A DNA stretch of 64,000 bases from an uncultured Gemmatimonadaceae bacterium (GCA_963761305.1 CAVXGK010000002.1:2144001-2208000), one strand, 5' to 3'; shown: positions 41,249-51,161, counted from the first letter of the stretch. The notes: a model not told the origin generated them from the letters alone. Made by a program: numbers and translations.

Positions 41249-42529
41249 CTAGAAACCGATGATCTGGTCGCGACGCGTGCCCACGCTCACGTAGGTGATG
41301 CGCGTCTCGATCAACTCCTGCAGGCGGTCGAGGTACGCGCGCGCACACGCCGGCAACTCCTCGAGTCGGCGACAATCGCCCGTCGGGCTGTTCCAACCGT
41401 CGAGCCACTCGTATCGCGGCGTGATTCTGTCGAGCGCCGCCACGTCGCCGGGGAATTCGGTGTGCAGATCGCCGTCGTACTCGTAGCCGGTGCAGACCGC
41501 GATGCGGTCGAGCGTATCGAGGACGTCGAGCTTGGTCACGGCGACGTCGGTGAGGCCGTTTATGCGCGTCGCATACCGCACGACGACGGCGTCGAACCAA
41601 CCGCAGCGACGCGGCCGGCCGGTCGTCGCGCCGTACTCGCCGCCGAGCGTGCGCACGCGCTCCGACATCGCGGTGTCCATCTCGGTCGGCAGTGGGCCCG
41701 CGCCGACGCGCGTCGTGTACGCTTTCACGACACCGAGCACGGCATCTATCGAGCGCGGCGAGATGCCGGCGCCGGTCGCCGCCCCTCCCGACGTCGTGCT
41801 GCTCGACGTCACGAACGGATACGTGCCGTGGTCCACGTCGAGCAGCGAACCTTGCGCGCCCTCGAGGAGCACCGCCGCGCCGTTCTTGATCGCACGGTGC
41901 ACCACGAGCCCCACGTCTTCGGACAGTGCGAGGAGACGTTCGCTCACGCCGGCCAGGATGTCGACCGTCTCGTTCACGTCGGCGCGCTTCGAGCTTCCGA
42001 ATGATGAAAGCTGCGCGTTCGCGTGGGCGACGCCGGCCTCGACCAGCTCACGCATTCGCGCCGGATGCCGCAGATCGAGCACGCGAATGCCGCGACGCGC
42101 GACCTTGTCCTCGTAGGCCGGCCCGATGCCGCGCCCCGTCGTGCCGATCGACTTGGAGTGCATGCTCTCGGCGTCGATGAGCTTGTGATACGGCTGCACG
42201 AGATGCGCGCGGTCGCTCACGTAGAGCCGACCCTCGACGTCTATGCCGTCGCTGACGAGCTGTTCGATCTCGGTGAACAGCTTTTCCGGGTCCAGCACCA
42301 CGCCGTTCCCGATCGCGCAGCGCACGCCGCGGTGCAGGATGCCGCTCGGGATCTGATGGAGCACGAACGACAAGTCGCCCAGGTCGACCGTGTGCCCCGC
42401 GTTCGCCCCGCCCTGGTAGCGGACCACCCAATCGGCCCGCTCGGCGAGGACATCCACCAGCTTCCCCTTGCCCTCGTCGCCCCACTGTGCGCCGACGACG
42501 ACGACCGTTCGCTGGGACGAGCTGAACAT
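41249..42529 (-). CDS. purA: Adenylosuccinate synthetase
   Basis: GAQWGDEGKGK, YQGGANAGHT, GTTGRGIGPAY, EGAQG, GTYPFVTSS, GATTGRPRRCGW, TKLDVL. Confidence 0.98.
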   Translation of the reverse strand: MFSSSQRTVVVVGAQWGDEGKGKLVDVLAERADWVVRYQGGANAGHTVDLGDLSFVLHQIPSGILHRGVRCAIGNGVVLDPEKLFTEIEQLVSDGIDVEGRLYVSDRAHLVQPYHKLIDAESMHSKSIGTTGRGIGPAYEDKVARRGIRVLDLRHPARMRELVEAGVAHANAQLSSFGSSKRADVNETVDILAGVSERLLALSEDVGLVVHRAIKNGAAVLLEGAQGSLLDVDHGTYPFVTSSSTTSGGAATGAGISPRSIDAVLGVVKAYTTRVGAGPLPTEMDTAMSERVRTLGGEYGATTGRPRRCGWFDAVVVRYATRINGLTDVAVTKLDVLDTLDRIAVCTGYEYDGDLHTEFPGDVAALDRITPRYEWLDGWNSPTGDCRRLEELPACARAYLDRLQELIETRITYVSVGTRRDQIIGF

Positions 42530-42560
42530 TGCGGGGAGGCCTTGAGGGGAAGTCGCGGGC

Positions 42561-42592
42561 AAAAAAATACGCCCCGGCGAGGCCCGGGGCGT
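42561..42592 (-). terminator. Intrinsic terminator in the purA 5' leader
   Basis: Minus strand ACGCCCCGG-GCCTCG-CCGGGGCGT-ATTTTTTT, ending about 31 nt before the purA ATG. Confidence 0.7.
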
Positions 42593-42598
42593 TGTGTC

Positions 42599-42626
42599 AA
42601 TCTATTGTGGCTGGGGTCGGAGTCAA
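42599..42626 (-). promoter_or_regulatory. Putative purA promoter
   Basis: Minus strand TTGACT (42626-42621), 16-nt spacer, TAGATT (42604-42599). Confidence 0.55.
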
Positions 42627-42761
42627 TTTTCCGCCATGGGCGGTCTCCTTCCGTCGATGTCGGTCGGGACCTATGGTTGAGTCCGCCCTCACCCGGGCGA
42701 CGTATCCCGCGCAGCGGATTCAACCGTCGTACTCACGACCCCTACCTCGCCGGAGGCAGTC

Positions 42762-43190
42762 ATGGCCATCAACACTTCGAAGGTCCTCGTCGGCGGCATT
42801 GTCGGCGGCATCGTTGCGAACGTGATCGACTTCGCGGGAAACTCGCTCATTCTCGGCAACATGCACCGGGCTGACATGGCCAAGCTCAATCCCGCGCTGT
42901 CGGTGAACCCGTCGGGTGGACAGATCGCCGGGTTCGCGATCTTCGACATCGTCTGGATCATCGCGACCGTTTGGATCTACGCGGCCATCCGTCCGCGATT
43001 CGGCCCGGGCCCCAAGACGGCCGTCTATGCGGCGATCGTTTCCTGGGTCGTGGGCACCAGCGTCGCCGGGTTCTTCTGGATGCTGGGCATATTCGGCACG
43101 AACGTGTTCGTCGCGACGGGCGCCGTCGAACTGGTCAACGCGATCGTGTCGACGCTCGTCGGCGCCTGGCTGTACACGGAAAACGCCTAG
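42762..43190 (+). CDS. Small 4-TM membrane protein
   Basis: GGAGG RBS; YAAIRPRFGPGPKTA motif between hydrophobic helices. Confidence 0.8.
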   Translation: MAINTSKVLVGGIVGGIVANVIDFAGNSLILGNMHRADMAKLNPALSVNPSGGQIAGFAIFDIVWIIATVWIYAAIRPRFGPGPKTAVYAAIVSWVVGTSVAGFFWMLGIFGTNVFVATGAVELVNAIVSTLVGAWLYTENA

Positions 43191-43195
43191 CCGGC

Positions 43196-43687
43196 TCAGA
43201 CAATCGCCACCGCGACCATCCAGATCGCCATCACCAGTCCGATGGCGATCTTGGTCGCCGCGGCCGCAACGCGTCCGAGGAACGCGCCCCACGCCACGCG
43301 GGCCGCCGCGCCGTGCCCGCTTCCACCGCTCCACTCGGCGACGAACGCGCCGATGAACGCGCCGGCAAAGGCGCCGACGATCGAGCCGACGATCGGCACC
43401 GGTACGCCGATGAACGCGCCGACCATTCCGCCGAGGATCGCGCCCCACGCCGCGCGTCGCGAACCGCCGTAGCGTTTCGTGAAGCGACCGGTGAGCACCC
43501 ACTCGAGCCCCTCAGCGACCACCATCAAAACTCCGACGCCGATCACCGTGGTGAGCCCGATGCCGCCCGCCGGCACGAGCAGGTGATAGCAGAGCGCCGC
43601 GGCGAACAGCACGAGCGTGCCCGGCAGGCCGAACGGGATCATCACCAGGCCGATCACGATCGCGGCAATGAGCAGCAGAACTTCCAT
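43196..43687 (-). CDS. DUF456 (YqgC-like) membrane protein
   Basis: GLPGT, KRYGGSRRAAWGAILG, GAFIGAFVAE. Confidence 0.85.
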   Translation of the reverse strand: MEVLLLIAAIVIGLVMIPFGLPGTLVLFAAALCYHLLVPAGGIGLTTVIGVGVLMVVAEGLEWVLTGRFTKRYGGSRRAAWGAILGGMVGAFIGVPVPIVGSIVGAFAGAFIGAFVAEWSGGSGHGAAARVAWGAFLGRVAAAATKIAIGLVMAIWMVAVAIV

Positions 43688-44755
43688 TCAGAGCAACCTC
43701 GCAGCTGTTCGGGCGAGCACGCGCGCCGCACCCGCTATCCCCGTGCCGCGCATCGCGTCGAGGCTGTCGCGCGGCGTGTGGATCCTGAGAAGCGTACGCA
43801 GCGAGCCGCGGCTCAGTGTCAGCGTCTCCCAGCCGGCGTCGGCCAGCGCGACGCTGTCCGTGAGGATCCCCGGCAGCAGCCGGAGAGCCTGAACCGATTC
43901 GCCGCTCGCGCTCGATGCCTCGGCGAGTGCGTCCAGCAGCCGCGACGGGCGACGGCGCGTGAACATGGCGACGAGCGGGCCGCCGTCGTCGACGCTGTCG
44001 CAGTTGAGCGCGACACCCGGCGGGCGCGATCGGGCCCACACACGCGCGCCGGCGAGCGATAGTTCTTCAGCGTCCGAGATCAGGACGCCGACGGGCAGCG
44101 CCGGCGAGAGCGACGCTGCCGCCTCCAGCACGGCGGCCACGCCGCTCGCGTTGTCGAGCGCCCCCGCGCTGCGCGCGCCGACGATCGACAGCATGAGCGG
44201 CACGCCGCCGATCCACGCGATGACGAGCGCGGGAACGTCGAGGCTCGATTTCGCGAGCAGCGCGAGACCAACGCCAATCAAGCCGGCCGTCATCACGACG
44301 ACACCTGCGACGCGCATGAGCATCGGCACCGGTTGCGACTTCGAATCGAGGTGCGCGACGAGCCAGAGCCGCGTCGGCGCTGGGCCGCGCGTCGCCTCGA
44401 GGTTGACGCCAGCGCGCCGCATCACTGGTGCGTCCGCCACGCCGCGCGCCAAGCCGATCGCCACCGCGATGGCGACGCCAATCGCGCCGATCGCCCACCA
44501 TGTCGGCGAGCCGGCGCCTTGTGCCCTCGCCGCGACGGCCAGCGTCGCGGCCAGCGGAAGCAGCAACCCGAATGACGGAGCGCCGAATCGTCCGGCGAAT
44601 GACGAGTACTCGAATGACTCTTCGCGCACGGCAAATCGGAGCCGGCGCAACTCCGCGGCGCAGTAGTCGCGCGCGTCGGCAATGGCGGCGCCGCCGGTCG
44701 GACGCGGACTGGCGGCGAGCCGGGCGAGGTGCGGTGACCCGCCCGCGGTGGTCAC
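43688..44755 (-). CDS. Membrane-embedded M28-family peptidase
   Basis: VAHLDSK, GALDNASGV, DAEE, NCDS, IHTPRD plus TM segments. Confidence 0.8.
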   Translation of the reverse strand: MTTAGGSPHLARLAASPRPTGGAAIADARDYCAAELRRLRFAVREESFEYSSFAGRFGAPSFGLLLPLAATLAVAARAQGAGSPTWWAIGAIGVAIAVAIGLARGVADAPVMRRAGVNLEATRGPAPTRLWLVAHLDSKSQPVPMLMRVAGVVVMTAGLIGVGLALLAKSSLDVPALVIAWIGGVPLMLSIVGARSAGALDNASGVAAVLEAAASLSPALPVGVLISDAEELSLAGARVWARSRPPGVALNCDSVDDGGPLVAMFTRRRPSRLLDALAEASSASGESVQALRLLPGILTDSVALADAGWETLTLSRGSLRTLLRIHTPRDSLDAMRGTGIAGAARVLARTAARLL

Positions 44756-45661
44756 TTACGCCGTCACGAGCTCCGCGCTTCGCAGCAGCTCGCCAACGCT
44801 CGCGACTTGATTCGGTTCGAGCGGAAGGAGCGGCGCGCGCAACGGCCCGCCGACGAGTCCTCCGCCGACGGCGTCCATCGCCGCCTTCACGCCGGCGATG
44901 CCCATTTCGCCGACGATCTTGCTCCCGAGAGGCGTCATGCGCGCCTGGCCCGCCCGCGCCGACTCGCGCTCGCCGCGCCGGAACGAATCGTAGACGTCCA
45001 TCGACAACGCGGCGGCGAAGAGCGCCACGGCAAGAATGCCGCCGCGCGATCCCATCTCGAGCGCGTCGAGGAACATCGGCGCGTTGCCGGTGAGCACCGA
45101 AAACGAATCGGACTGCGCCGGCATGTACGACGCGAACAGCTCCCGGTTGCCCGAGCTGTCCTTGATGCCGATGACGTTCTGGTGCTGCGCGAGCTCGGCG
45201 ACGAGCGTCGCGGACAGCGCGAAGTGCATGTACTTCGGAATGCTGTAGAGCACCACCGGCACCGGCGACTCGTCGGCCACGCGGTGATAGTGCTGCCACA
45301 GCGCGCGCTCGCTCATCGCGTTGCCGTAGTAGTGCGGCGCGACGACGAGCACAGCGTCGGCGCCATGGGCCGCGGCGTCGTGGGTCTGTTTGAGACACGT
45401 GCGCGTGGACTCCGCGCCCGTGCCGACGATCAGCCATTTGTCGCTCGGAACGAGCGCACGCGTCGCGTCGACGAGCGCGAGTCGCTCGGCCGCGTCGAGC
45501 AGCGGCGCCTCGCCTGTCGAGCCCGTGACGACGATGCCGTGCATGCCGGCGTCGAGATGCGCGCGCACGTTCGCCGAAAAGCCCGCCGTGTCGAGTCCGC
45601 CCGTCTGCGGGGAGAACGTCGTCACGACCGGCGCGAAGACACCGTCGAGATGTTTGCTCAT
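44756..45661 (-). CDS. Dihydrodipicolinate synthase/N-acetylneuraminate lyase family aldolase
   Basis: GSTGE, GTGAEST, VLYSIP, IGIKDSSG; start MSKHLDG. Confidence 0.88.
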   Translation of the reverse strand: MSKHLDGVFAPVVTTFSPQTGGLDTAGFSANVRAHLDAGMHGIVVTGSTGEAPLLDAAERLALVDATRALVPSDKWLIVGTGAESTRTCLKQTHDAAAHGADAVLVVAPHYYGNAMSERALWQHYHRVADESPVPVVLYSIPKYMHFALSATLVAELAQHQNVIGIKDSSGNRELFASYMPAQSDSFSVLTGNAPMFLDALEMGSRGGILAVALFAAALSMDVYDSFRRGERESARAGQARMTPLGSKIVGEMGIAGVKAAMDAVGGGLVGGPLRAPLLPLEPNQVASVGELLRSAELVTA

Positions 45662-46842
45662 TAGCCCAGAAAGTCCAAACCGCCGGTTTGCAGTCCATCG
45701 AGCGCCGGTGCCTCGAGCGCCGGCGCCGGTTCCTCGACTTCCACTTCCGCCTCCTCCGCCGGCTCGTCGACGACACTCCGCGAAAACATTTTCATCTGCA
45801 ATTCGAAGTCCGACGGATTCGACGCCGCGGCCTTGGCCGTCTCGAACGTGACCACGCCCTGCGCGACGAGATCGGCCAGGCATTGGTCGAACGTCTGCAT
45901 TCCGTACTGGTCGCGGCCGCCGGCGATGAAATCGCGAATCTCGCCGATGCGCTGGCCGTCCATCATCAAATCGCGGATCGAGGGCGTGTTGATCATGATT
46001 TCCGCCGCGACCGCGCGCCCCTTGCCCGTTTTCTTGGGCAACAGCCGCTGCGAGATGACGGAATGCAGCGACTCGGCGAGCCGAATGCGGATGATCTCCT
46101 GCTCTTCGGGCGGAAACATGGCCATGATGCGCAGGATGGTGCTCTGCGCGTCGGGCGTGTGCAGCGTGGACATCAGGAGGTGGCCCGTCTCGGCGGCCTT
46201 GATCGCCGTGTCCACCGTCTCGGCGTCACGCATCTCGCCGATCATGATGACGTCGGGATCCTGACGCAGCGCGGCACGCAGACCCATCTTGAAATCCACC
46301 GTGTCCGAGCCGATTTCACGCTGCGTGACCGACGACTTGTTGTCGCGGTGCAGGAATTCGATCGGGTTCTCGAGCGTGAGGATGTGACGGCTCTCGCGCG
46401 CGTTGATGTAGTTGATGAGCGCGGCCATCGTGCTCGACTTGCCCGAGCCGGTCACGCCGGTCACGAGCACCATGCCGCGCTCGGCGCTGGCGATCTGCGC
46501 CAACACGGCGGGCAGGCGGAGCCCCTCGAACGTCGGCACCTCCCACGGAATCACGCGCATGACGATGGCGAACGATCCGCGCTGGCGCATGATGTTGACG
46601 CGGAATCGGCCGATGCCCGACGCGGCCCATGAGCAGTCGTAGTCGAGGATCTTGTCGATCCGCGCCTTGTCGTCCTCGTTGTGCATCAGGTGCAGGGCGA
46701 TCGAGCGCGTCTGCTCCGGCGTGAGCGCCTGCTTGGTCAGCGGCACCAACTCGCCGTGGATGCGCGCCCGAAAGACGTCGCCGGCCTTGATGTGCAGATC
46801 CGAGGCTCCGCGATCGACGGCCGCCTTGATGATCTTCTCCAT
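45661..46842 (-). CDS. PilT/PilU-family retraction ATPase
   Basis: ASDLH, GRFRVN, GVTGSGKS, ENPIE, QREIG, ALRQDPD..MIGEMRD, AETGHL..STLH, GMQTFDQ; start MEKIIK. Confidence 0.93.
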   Translation of the reverse strand: MEKIIKAAVDRGASDLHIKAGDVFRARIHGELVPLTKQALTPEQTRSIALHLMHNEDDKARIDKILDYDCSWAASGIGRFRVNIMRQRGSFAIVMRVIPWEVPTFEGLRLPAVLAQIASAERGMVLVTGVTGSGKSSTMAALINYINARESRHILTLENPIEFLHRDNKSSVTQREIGSDTVDFKMGLRAALRQDPDVIMIGEMRDAETVDTAIKAAETGHLLMSTLHTPDAQSTILRIMAMFPPEEQEIIRIRLAESLHSVISQRLLPKKTGKGRAVAAEIMINTPSIRDLMMDGQRIGEIRDFIAGGRDQYGMQTFDQCLADLVAQGVVTFETAKAAASNPSDFELQMKMFSRSVVDEPAEEAEVEVEEPAPALEAPALDGLQTGGLDFLG

Positions 46843-47903
46843 CAATAGCCCGCCCGCTTGTTGACCAGATTGTTGAGAGGCATGCCGCTCACGTAACGCC
46901 GCCAGTTGTCGAGGAAGAGATCGAGTTGCCGGGGCCAGAAACGCCCCGGAGAAACCGGAGACACGTGCGGTGTGAGCAGCACCTGCCGAAGCTGCCACAG
47001 CGGGCTGAACGTCGCCAGTGGCTCCTCCCGAAACACGTCGAGCACGGCGCCACGGAGCCGTCCATCCCGCAGACGAACGACGAGCGCCTCCTCATCCAGC
47101 AACGCACCTCGGGCGACGTTCACGACGATGGCAGAGCGCGGCAGGAGGTCGAGCCGCCGGCCGTCCAGAAGGCCGTTGGTCTCCGGCGTGAGCGGGGCGC
47201 CGAGCACGACCACGTCGTGCCGTGGAAGCTCTTCGTCGAACGCGGTCAGGGACACGACGCGCTCGAATCCGGGCGGCGGACCGAGCTCCGGGCGCCGTCT
47301 GACCCCCGTGCACCGCGCGCCGAGGGCCGTGAGCCGTTCGCCGACGGCCTGTCCGATGCCCCCCGTCCCGACGATCAACGCCCTGACGGTGTCCATCTCC
47401 CGCAGCTCGGAGTCGAGGCGCACGAACGGCGTCTTGTTCCATTCCGTGCGGTGCTGCTGGGTCACGGCGTAGTCCAGGCCTCGCAGGAAGTGCAGCACGC
47501 CCGCCACCACGTATTCGGCGATCGGCACGGCGTGAACGCCAGCGGAGTTCGTGAATGCCACATCGCTGGCGAGCATCTCGGGATAGAGTGCCGTCCCTAC
47601 GCCGGCCGCCGCGGAGTGGACCCACCGCAGTCCCGGCGCGTTGACGAGGAGCGCCTTGGGAATCCCGAACCCGAAGTAGATCTCGGCGCTGCGGATGGCG
47701 TCCACCACCTCGTCGCTCGGGCGCGGCGGCCCGTCGCCGTCCGAGCTCGTCGCCGCCTGGACGAGGTGGATGGTCCAGCCGCGTGGCGCCTCGTCGGCGA
47801 TTCGTCGCGCGCCTTCCGGCGTCAGCGCCCAGTTTTTCGACGTCGCCGCGAGATCGACGACCAGGAGTCGTGAACCGACGAGCGGAGCGAGCTCGAGCTT
47901 CAT
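46842..47903 (-). CDS. D-2-hydroxyacid dehydrogenase family
   Basis: LRWVHS..AG, TNSAG, IAEY, GTGGIG, NVARG, LDVF..EPL, LTPHVS. Confidence 0.92.
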   Translation of the reverse strand: MKLELAPLVGSRLLVVDLAATSKNWALTPEGARRIADEAPRGWTIHLVQAATSSDGDGPPRPSDEVVDAIRSAEIYFGFGIPKALLVNAPGLRWVHSAAAGVGTALYPEMLASDVAFTNSAGVHAVPIAEYVVAGVLHFLRGLDYAVTQQHRTEWNKTPFVRLDSELREMDTVRALIVGTGGIGQAVGERLTALGARCTGVRRRPELGPPPGFERVVSLTAFDEELPRHDVVVLGAPLTPETNGLLDGRRLDLLPRSAIVVNVARGALLDEEALVVRLRDGRLRGAVLDVFREEPLATFSPLWQLRQVLLTPHVSPVSPGRFWPRQLDLFLDNWRRYVSGMPLNNLVNKRAGY

Positions 47904-47949
47904 CGAGATTGAAACTGCCGAGGCGCCCTCGGGCGCGCCAGCGGTTCGT

Positions 47950-48456
47950 TCACGTGAACGTCGGCGCGCGCACGAACGTGAACGCCGCCTGCATGGCGAT
48001 GAGGCCCAACGGCATCGCGTACGTCGCCAGGGCGTTCCGCACGTCTTGGCGCAGCGACGAGCGGTACACGAGCCAACACGCCACGACGATCGCCGACTCC
48101 AACGCGAAGTCGCGGTACATGTGCGAGTAGAAATGCATTCCGACTTCCGGCCCGCCCGGCCAGATCGATTTGAGCCCGGTCACGTAGTCGAGCCCCCAGT
48201 GCGACAGATAGGTCCCGCCCACAATCAACGCGTCGACCGCCGAGTCGAGAAACGGTATCAGACAGAGGGACAACATCACGGAGCAGAAAACCACCGACGC
48301 GAGCGAGTGCGACACGTCGGGATTCGGCCGGTGCACGACGTGCGTCAGCATGTCCACCCAGTCCGGTCCATAGGCGACGGGCACGAGCAGCGCCATCGAC
48401 AACTGCGGGCGCTTCCCTTTCACCAACGTCGCGAAGGCGGCGTGTCCCGCGTACAT
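47950..48456 (-). CDS. Membrane metal-dependent hydrolase-like (YdjM-like) protein
   Basis: MYAGH, PD.VD, SHSL, SHWGLD motifs with TM segments. Confidence 0.7.
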   Translation of the reverse strand: MYAGHAAFATLVKGKRPQLSMALLVPVAYGPDWVDMLTHVVHRPNPDVSHSLASVVFCSVMLSLCLIPFLDSAVDALIVGGTYLSHWGLDYVTGLKSIWPGGPEVGMHFYSHMYRDFALESAIVVACWLVYRSSLRQDVRNALATYAMPLGLIAMQAAFTFVRAPTFT

Positions 48457-48465
48457 CCGGATCGC

Positions 48466-48603
48466 TCAGCGCTTACGGTTCAGTAAGCGGTCGATCGCGA
48501 CGAGCCAGACCCATGGCGCGACGAGACCGGCGAGGATGACCGCACGGAGCAGGATGCTTTGAATCGGGGGCACGAAGGCGAACGCGGCCCCGGCGTGTTC
48601 CAC
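48466..48603 (-). CDS. Putative 45-aa single-TM small protein
   Basis: GTG 2 nt after the trpS stop; VEHAGAAFAFVPPIQSILLRAVILAGLVAPWVWLVAIDRLLNRKR; fills the gap almost exactly. Confidence 0.4.
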   Translation of the reverse strand: MEHAGAAFAFVPPIQSILLRAVILAGLVAPWVWLVAIDRLLNRKR

Positions 48604-48605
48604 GC

Positions 48606-49619
48606 TCAAAATCCCATCCGGTCGCGCACCACGTCCATCGTCTCGCGCGCAAGTCGACGGCAGCGAGTCGCCCCCGCGTCGAGCGCGTCCTCCAGGAGCT
48701 TCGGCTTCGCCTCGAGCTCGGTGGCTCGGGCCCGAATCGGCGCGAGCTCCGTCTCCATCGACTCGGCCAGCACCTTCTTGCAATCGAGGCATCCCCACCC
48801 GGCCGTCGTGCACTGAGCGGCGACGTGCTCCACGGTCGCCGTCGTGCTGAACGCTTTGTGGAGATGATAGATGTTGCAGACCTCCGGCGTGCCGGGGTCC
48901 GTGCGCTTGATGCGCTTTGGATCGGTGACCGCCGGACGCAATTTCGCCCAGATACCGTCGGGCGTGTCGAGCAACGGCACCGTGTTGCCCATCGACTTGG
49001 ACATCTTCGACTGCCCGTCGAGCCCCATGATGCGCCGCGTCGGCGTGAGCAGCGGTTTCGGCTCCGGGAAGAATTGTTCGCGCTCTTCCCCACCGTCCTC
49101 CGTGCGGCGTCCGGTCAATCGCGCGAATGTCGAATTCCATTTGCGCGCCACGACGCGCGACAGCTCGAGGTGCTGGATCTGATCCTCGCCCACGGGCACC
49201 ATGTCGGCGCGATACAGGAGAATGTCCGCCGCCTGGAGCACCGGATAGTTGAGCACTCCGGCCATGATGCTCTCCTGCCGCTGCGACTTTTCCTTGAACT
49301 GCGTTTGACGCTCGAGCTCTCCGAGCGGCGTGATGGTGTTGAAGATCCACGCCAGCTCGGTGTGTTCCGGCACCTGCGACTGCACGAACAGCGTGCACGT
49401 GTTCGGATCGATGCCGGCGGCGAGCAGCGACAGCGCCATCGCCTGCCGCCGCTCACGGAGCATGTCGGGGTCGTACGGGCCCGTGATGGCGTGGTAGTCG
49501 ACGATGCAGAAGATGGACTCGTGCTCGTGCTGCAGCCGCGCCCAATTCTTGACCGCGCCGAGGTAGTTTCCGATGTGGAGTTCCCCGGACGGCTGAATCC
49601 CACTGAAAATCCGTGACAT
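48606..49619 (-). CDS. trpS: Tryptophan--tRNA ligase
   Basis: SGIQPSG.LHIGNY, YPVLQAADIL, VPVGEDQ.QH, KMSKS. Confidence 0.97.
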   Translation of the reverse strand: MSRIFSGIQPSGELHIGNYLGAVKNWARLQHEHESIFCIVDYHAITGPYDPDMLRERRQAMALSLLAAGIDPNTCTLFVQSQVPEHTELAWIFNTITPLGELERQTQFKEKSQRQESIMAGVLNYPVLQAADILLYRADMVPVGEDQIQHLELSRVVARKWNSTFARLTGRRTEDGGEEREQFFPEPKPLLTPTRRIMGLDGQSKMSKSMGNTVPLLDTPDGIWAKLRPAVTDPKRIKRTDPGTPEVCNIYHLHKAFSTTATVEHVAAQCTTAGWGCLDCKKVLAESMETELAPIRARATELEAKPKLLEDALDAGATRCRRLARETMDVVRDRMGF

Positions 49620-50422
49620 CCGCTCAAAATAACAGCGCCCACCCTCGGGAGCTGCTGGCGACGTGCGTGGCGGCCGCGGCTCGCGCCGCCGAGATCATTC
49701 GCCGCGGGGCCGAGACGCGCGACTCGCTCACCTGGGAGAACAAGTCCACGACGGACTTCGTGAGCGACGTGGACCGGAGCTCCGAGCGAGCGATCAACGA
49801 CGTCGTCGCCTCGCGCCACCCGGAAGCCCGGGTCCTCGGCGAAGAGCTCACGCCGTCCACGGACAACCGTTCGGGATTGGTGTTCGTGGCCGACCCGCTC
49901 GACGGCACGACGAATTTTCTCCACGGCTACCCGTGGTACGCGGTGTCGATCGCGGCACTGGTAGAGGGCGAGCCCGTCGCCGCCGTCATTCTCAATGCGG
50001 CGACGGGCGAGTTGTTTTCGGCGACGGCCGGCGGCGGCGCGCGGAGGAGCGGCCAGCCGATCAGCGTCTCGACGATCGACGAGCCGGCGCGCTCGATCAT
50101 CGGCACCGGCTTTCCATTCAAGACGCCGCACCTCGTCGACGCGTACATGCAGTCGCTGCCCGTTGTGATGCGCGAGGTCGCCGGCATTCGCCGGGCCGGA
50201 TCGGCCGCGCTCGATCTGTCTGACGTCGCGTGCGGACGATTCGACGCGTTCTGGGAGCTGACGCTCGCTCCGTGGGACGTCGCCGCGGGCATTCTGTTGG
50301 TGCGGGAGGCGGGCGGCGTCGTCACCGACGTTGCCGGCGCGCCGGCGACCGTGAGTCACACGTCGATCGTCGCCGGCAACCCGGCGATGCACGCGTGGGT
50401 GCTCGAGCGCGTGCGAATGTAA
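49613..50422 (+). CDS. suhB: Inositol monophosphatase family
   Basis: DFVSDVD, LGEE, DPLDGTTNF, RRAGSAALDL, WDVAAG. Confidence 0.92.
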   Translation: MTSAQNNSAHPRELLATCVAAAARAAEIIRRGAETRDSLTWENKSTTDFVSDVDRSSERAINDVVASRHPEARVLGEELTPSTDNRSGLVFVADPLDGTTNFLHGYPWYAVSIAALVEGEPVAAVILNAATGELFSATAGGGARRSGQPISVSTIDEPARSIIGTGFPFKTPHLVDAYMQSLPVVMREVAGIRRAGSAALDLSDVACGRFDAFWELTLAPWDVAAGILLVREAGGVVTDVAGAPATVSHTSIVAGNPAMHAWVLERVRM

Positions 50423-50501
50423 CGGATTGAACGGACGAGCTTGTCAACGCCGGTACCGAGAAAGAAATTGTGGCGATGGAGCGGTCGAGGCGACTTCTCT
50501 C

Positions 50502-51074
50502 ATGAGCACCCTCACACGTCTGCGCGAGCTGCTGGTCGGTGTCGCGGCGGTGTCCTGTCTCTCGCCCCCTGGTGAGACACTGACGACGCAGAACTCGCTC
50601 TTTGATCTCACCTCGGGGCCGAAACTTCTCACGATCTCGGGCGGGGACTTCTCCGGCGATTCGGCGCATCTCCATCCCTGCGCTCCACTCGGTCCGCCCG
50701 CCGGCGGGAAACTCGTGTCCACGCGCATCGATCTCGAGGCTCAGGGCTCGGACTGGATTGGCCGTTCGATCGCGGCGTCGGATGGAAACGTGGTACTGAC
50801 GCTTCATTCGGTTGGTCCGGCCTTCGGAGCGCACACCGTCGCCGGCACGATCAGCGGCAGCGCGATCAGCGTCATTCCAACGCCGGTCGCTCCGCCGAGC
50901 AAGGTTCGAATCGTCTTCGACTCGCTGTCGCCGGAGTCGATCGACGGCGCGGGCGAACAGATCGGCCAGTTCGTGAATGGGAACGTCACCGGCCTATCCG
51001 CGTTCACCGATACAGCCGGCGCTGTCTCGAGCTGCACCTGGCTGCAGTGGACGCTGCAGCCCCTGCCCGAATAG
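50502..51074 (+). CDS. Hypothetical exported/lipoprotein
   Basis: MSTLTRLRELLVGVAAVSC lipobox-like; beta-rich. Confidence 0.55.
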   Translation: MSTLTRLRELLVGVAAVSCLSPPGETLTTQNSLFDLTSGPKLLTISGGDFSGDSAHLHPCAPLGPPAGGKLVSTRIDLEAQGSDWIGRSIAASDGNVVLTLHSVGPAFGAHTVAGTISGSAISVIPTPVAPPSKVRIVFDSLSPESIDGAGEQIGQFVNGNVTGLSAFTDTAGAVSSCTWLQWTLQPLPE

Positions 51075-51161
51075 ACTCGGGCCTCCGTCGTCGGCCTCCA
51101 TATATTCAGGCAACTTTGCGCGAGCGATCGCGCCCCGGTTGCCCACGTCCTTCCCACCGCA

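Noticed and set aside
46340..46380. ENPIE instead of EDPIE in the PilT/U Asp box
   Set aside because: A single conservative variant with all other ATPase motifs intact; not enough to infer inactivation.
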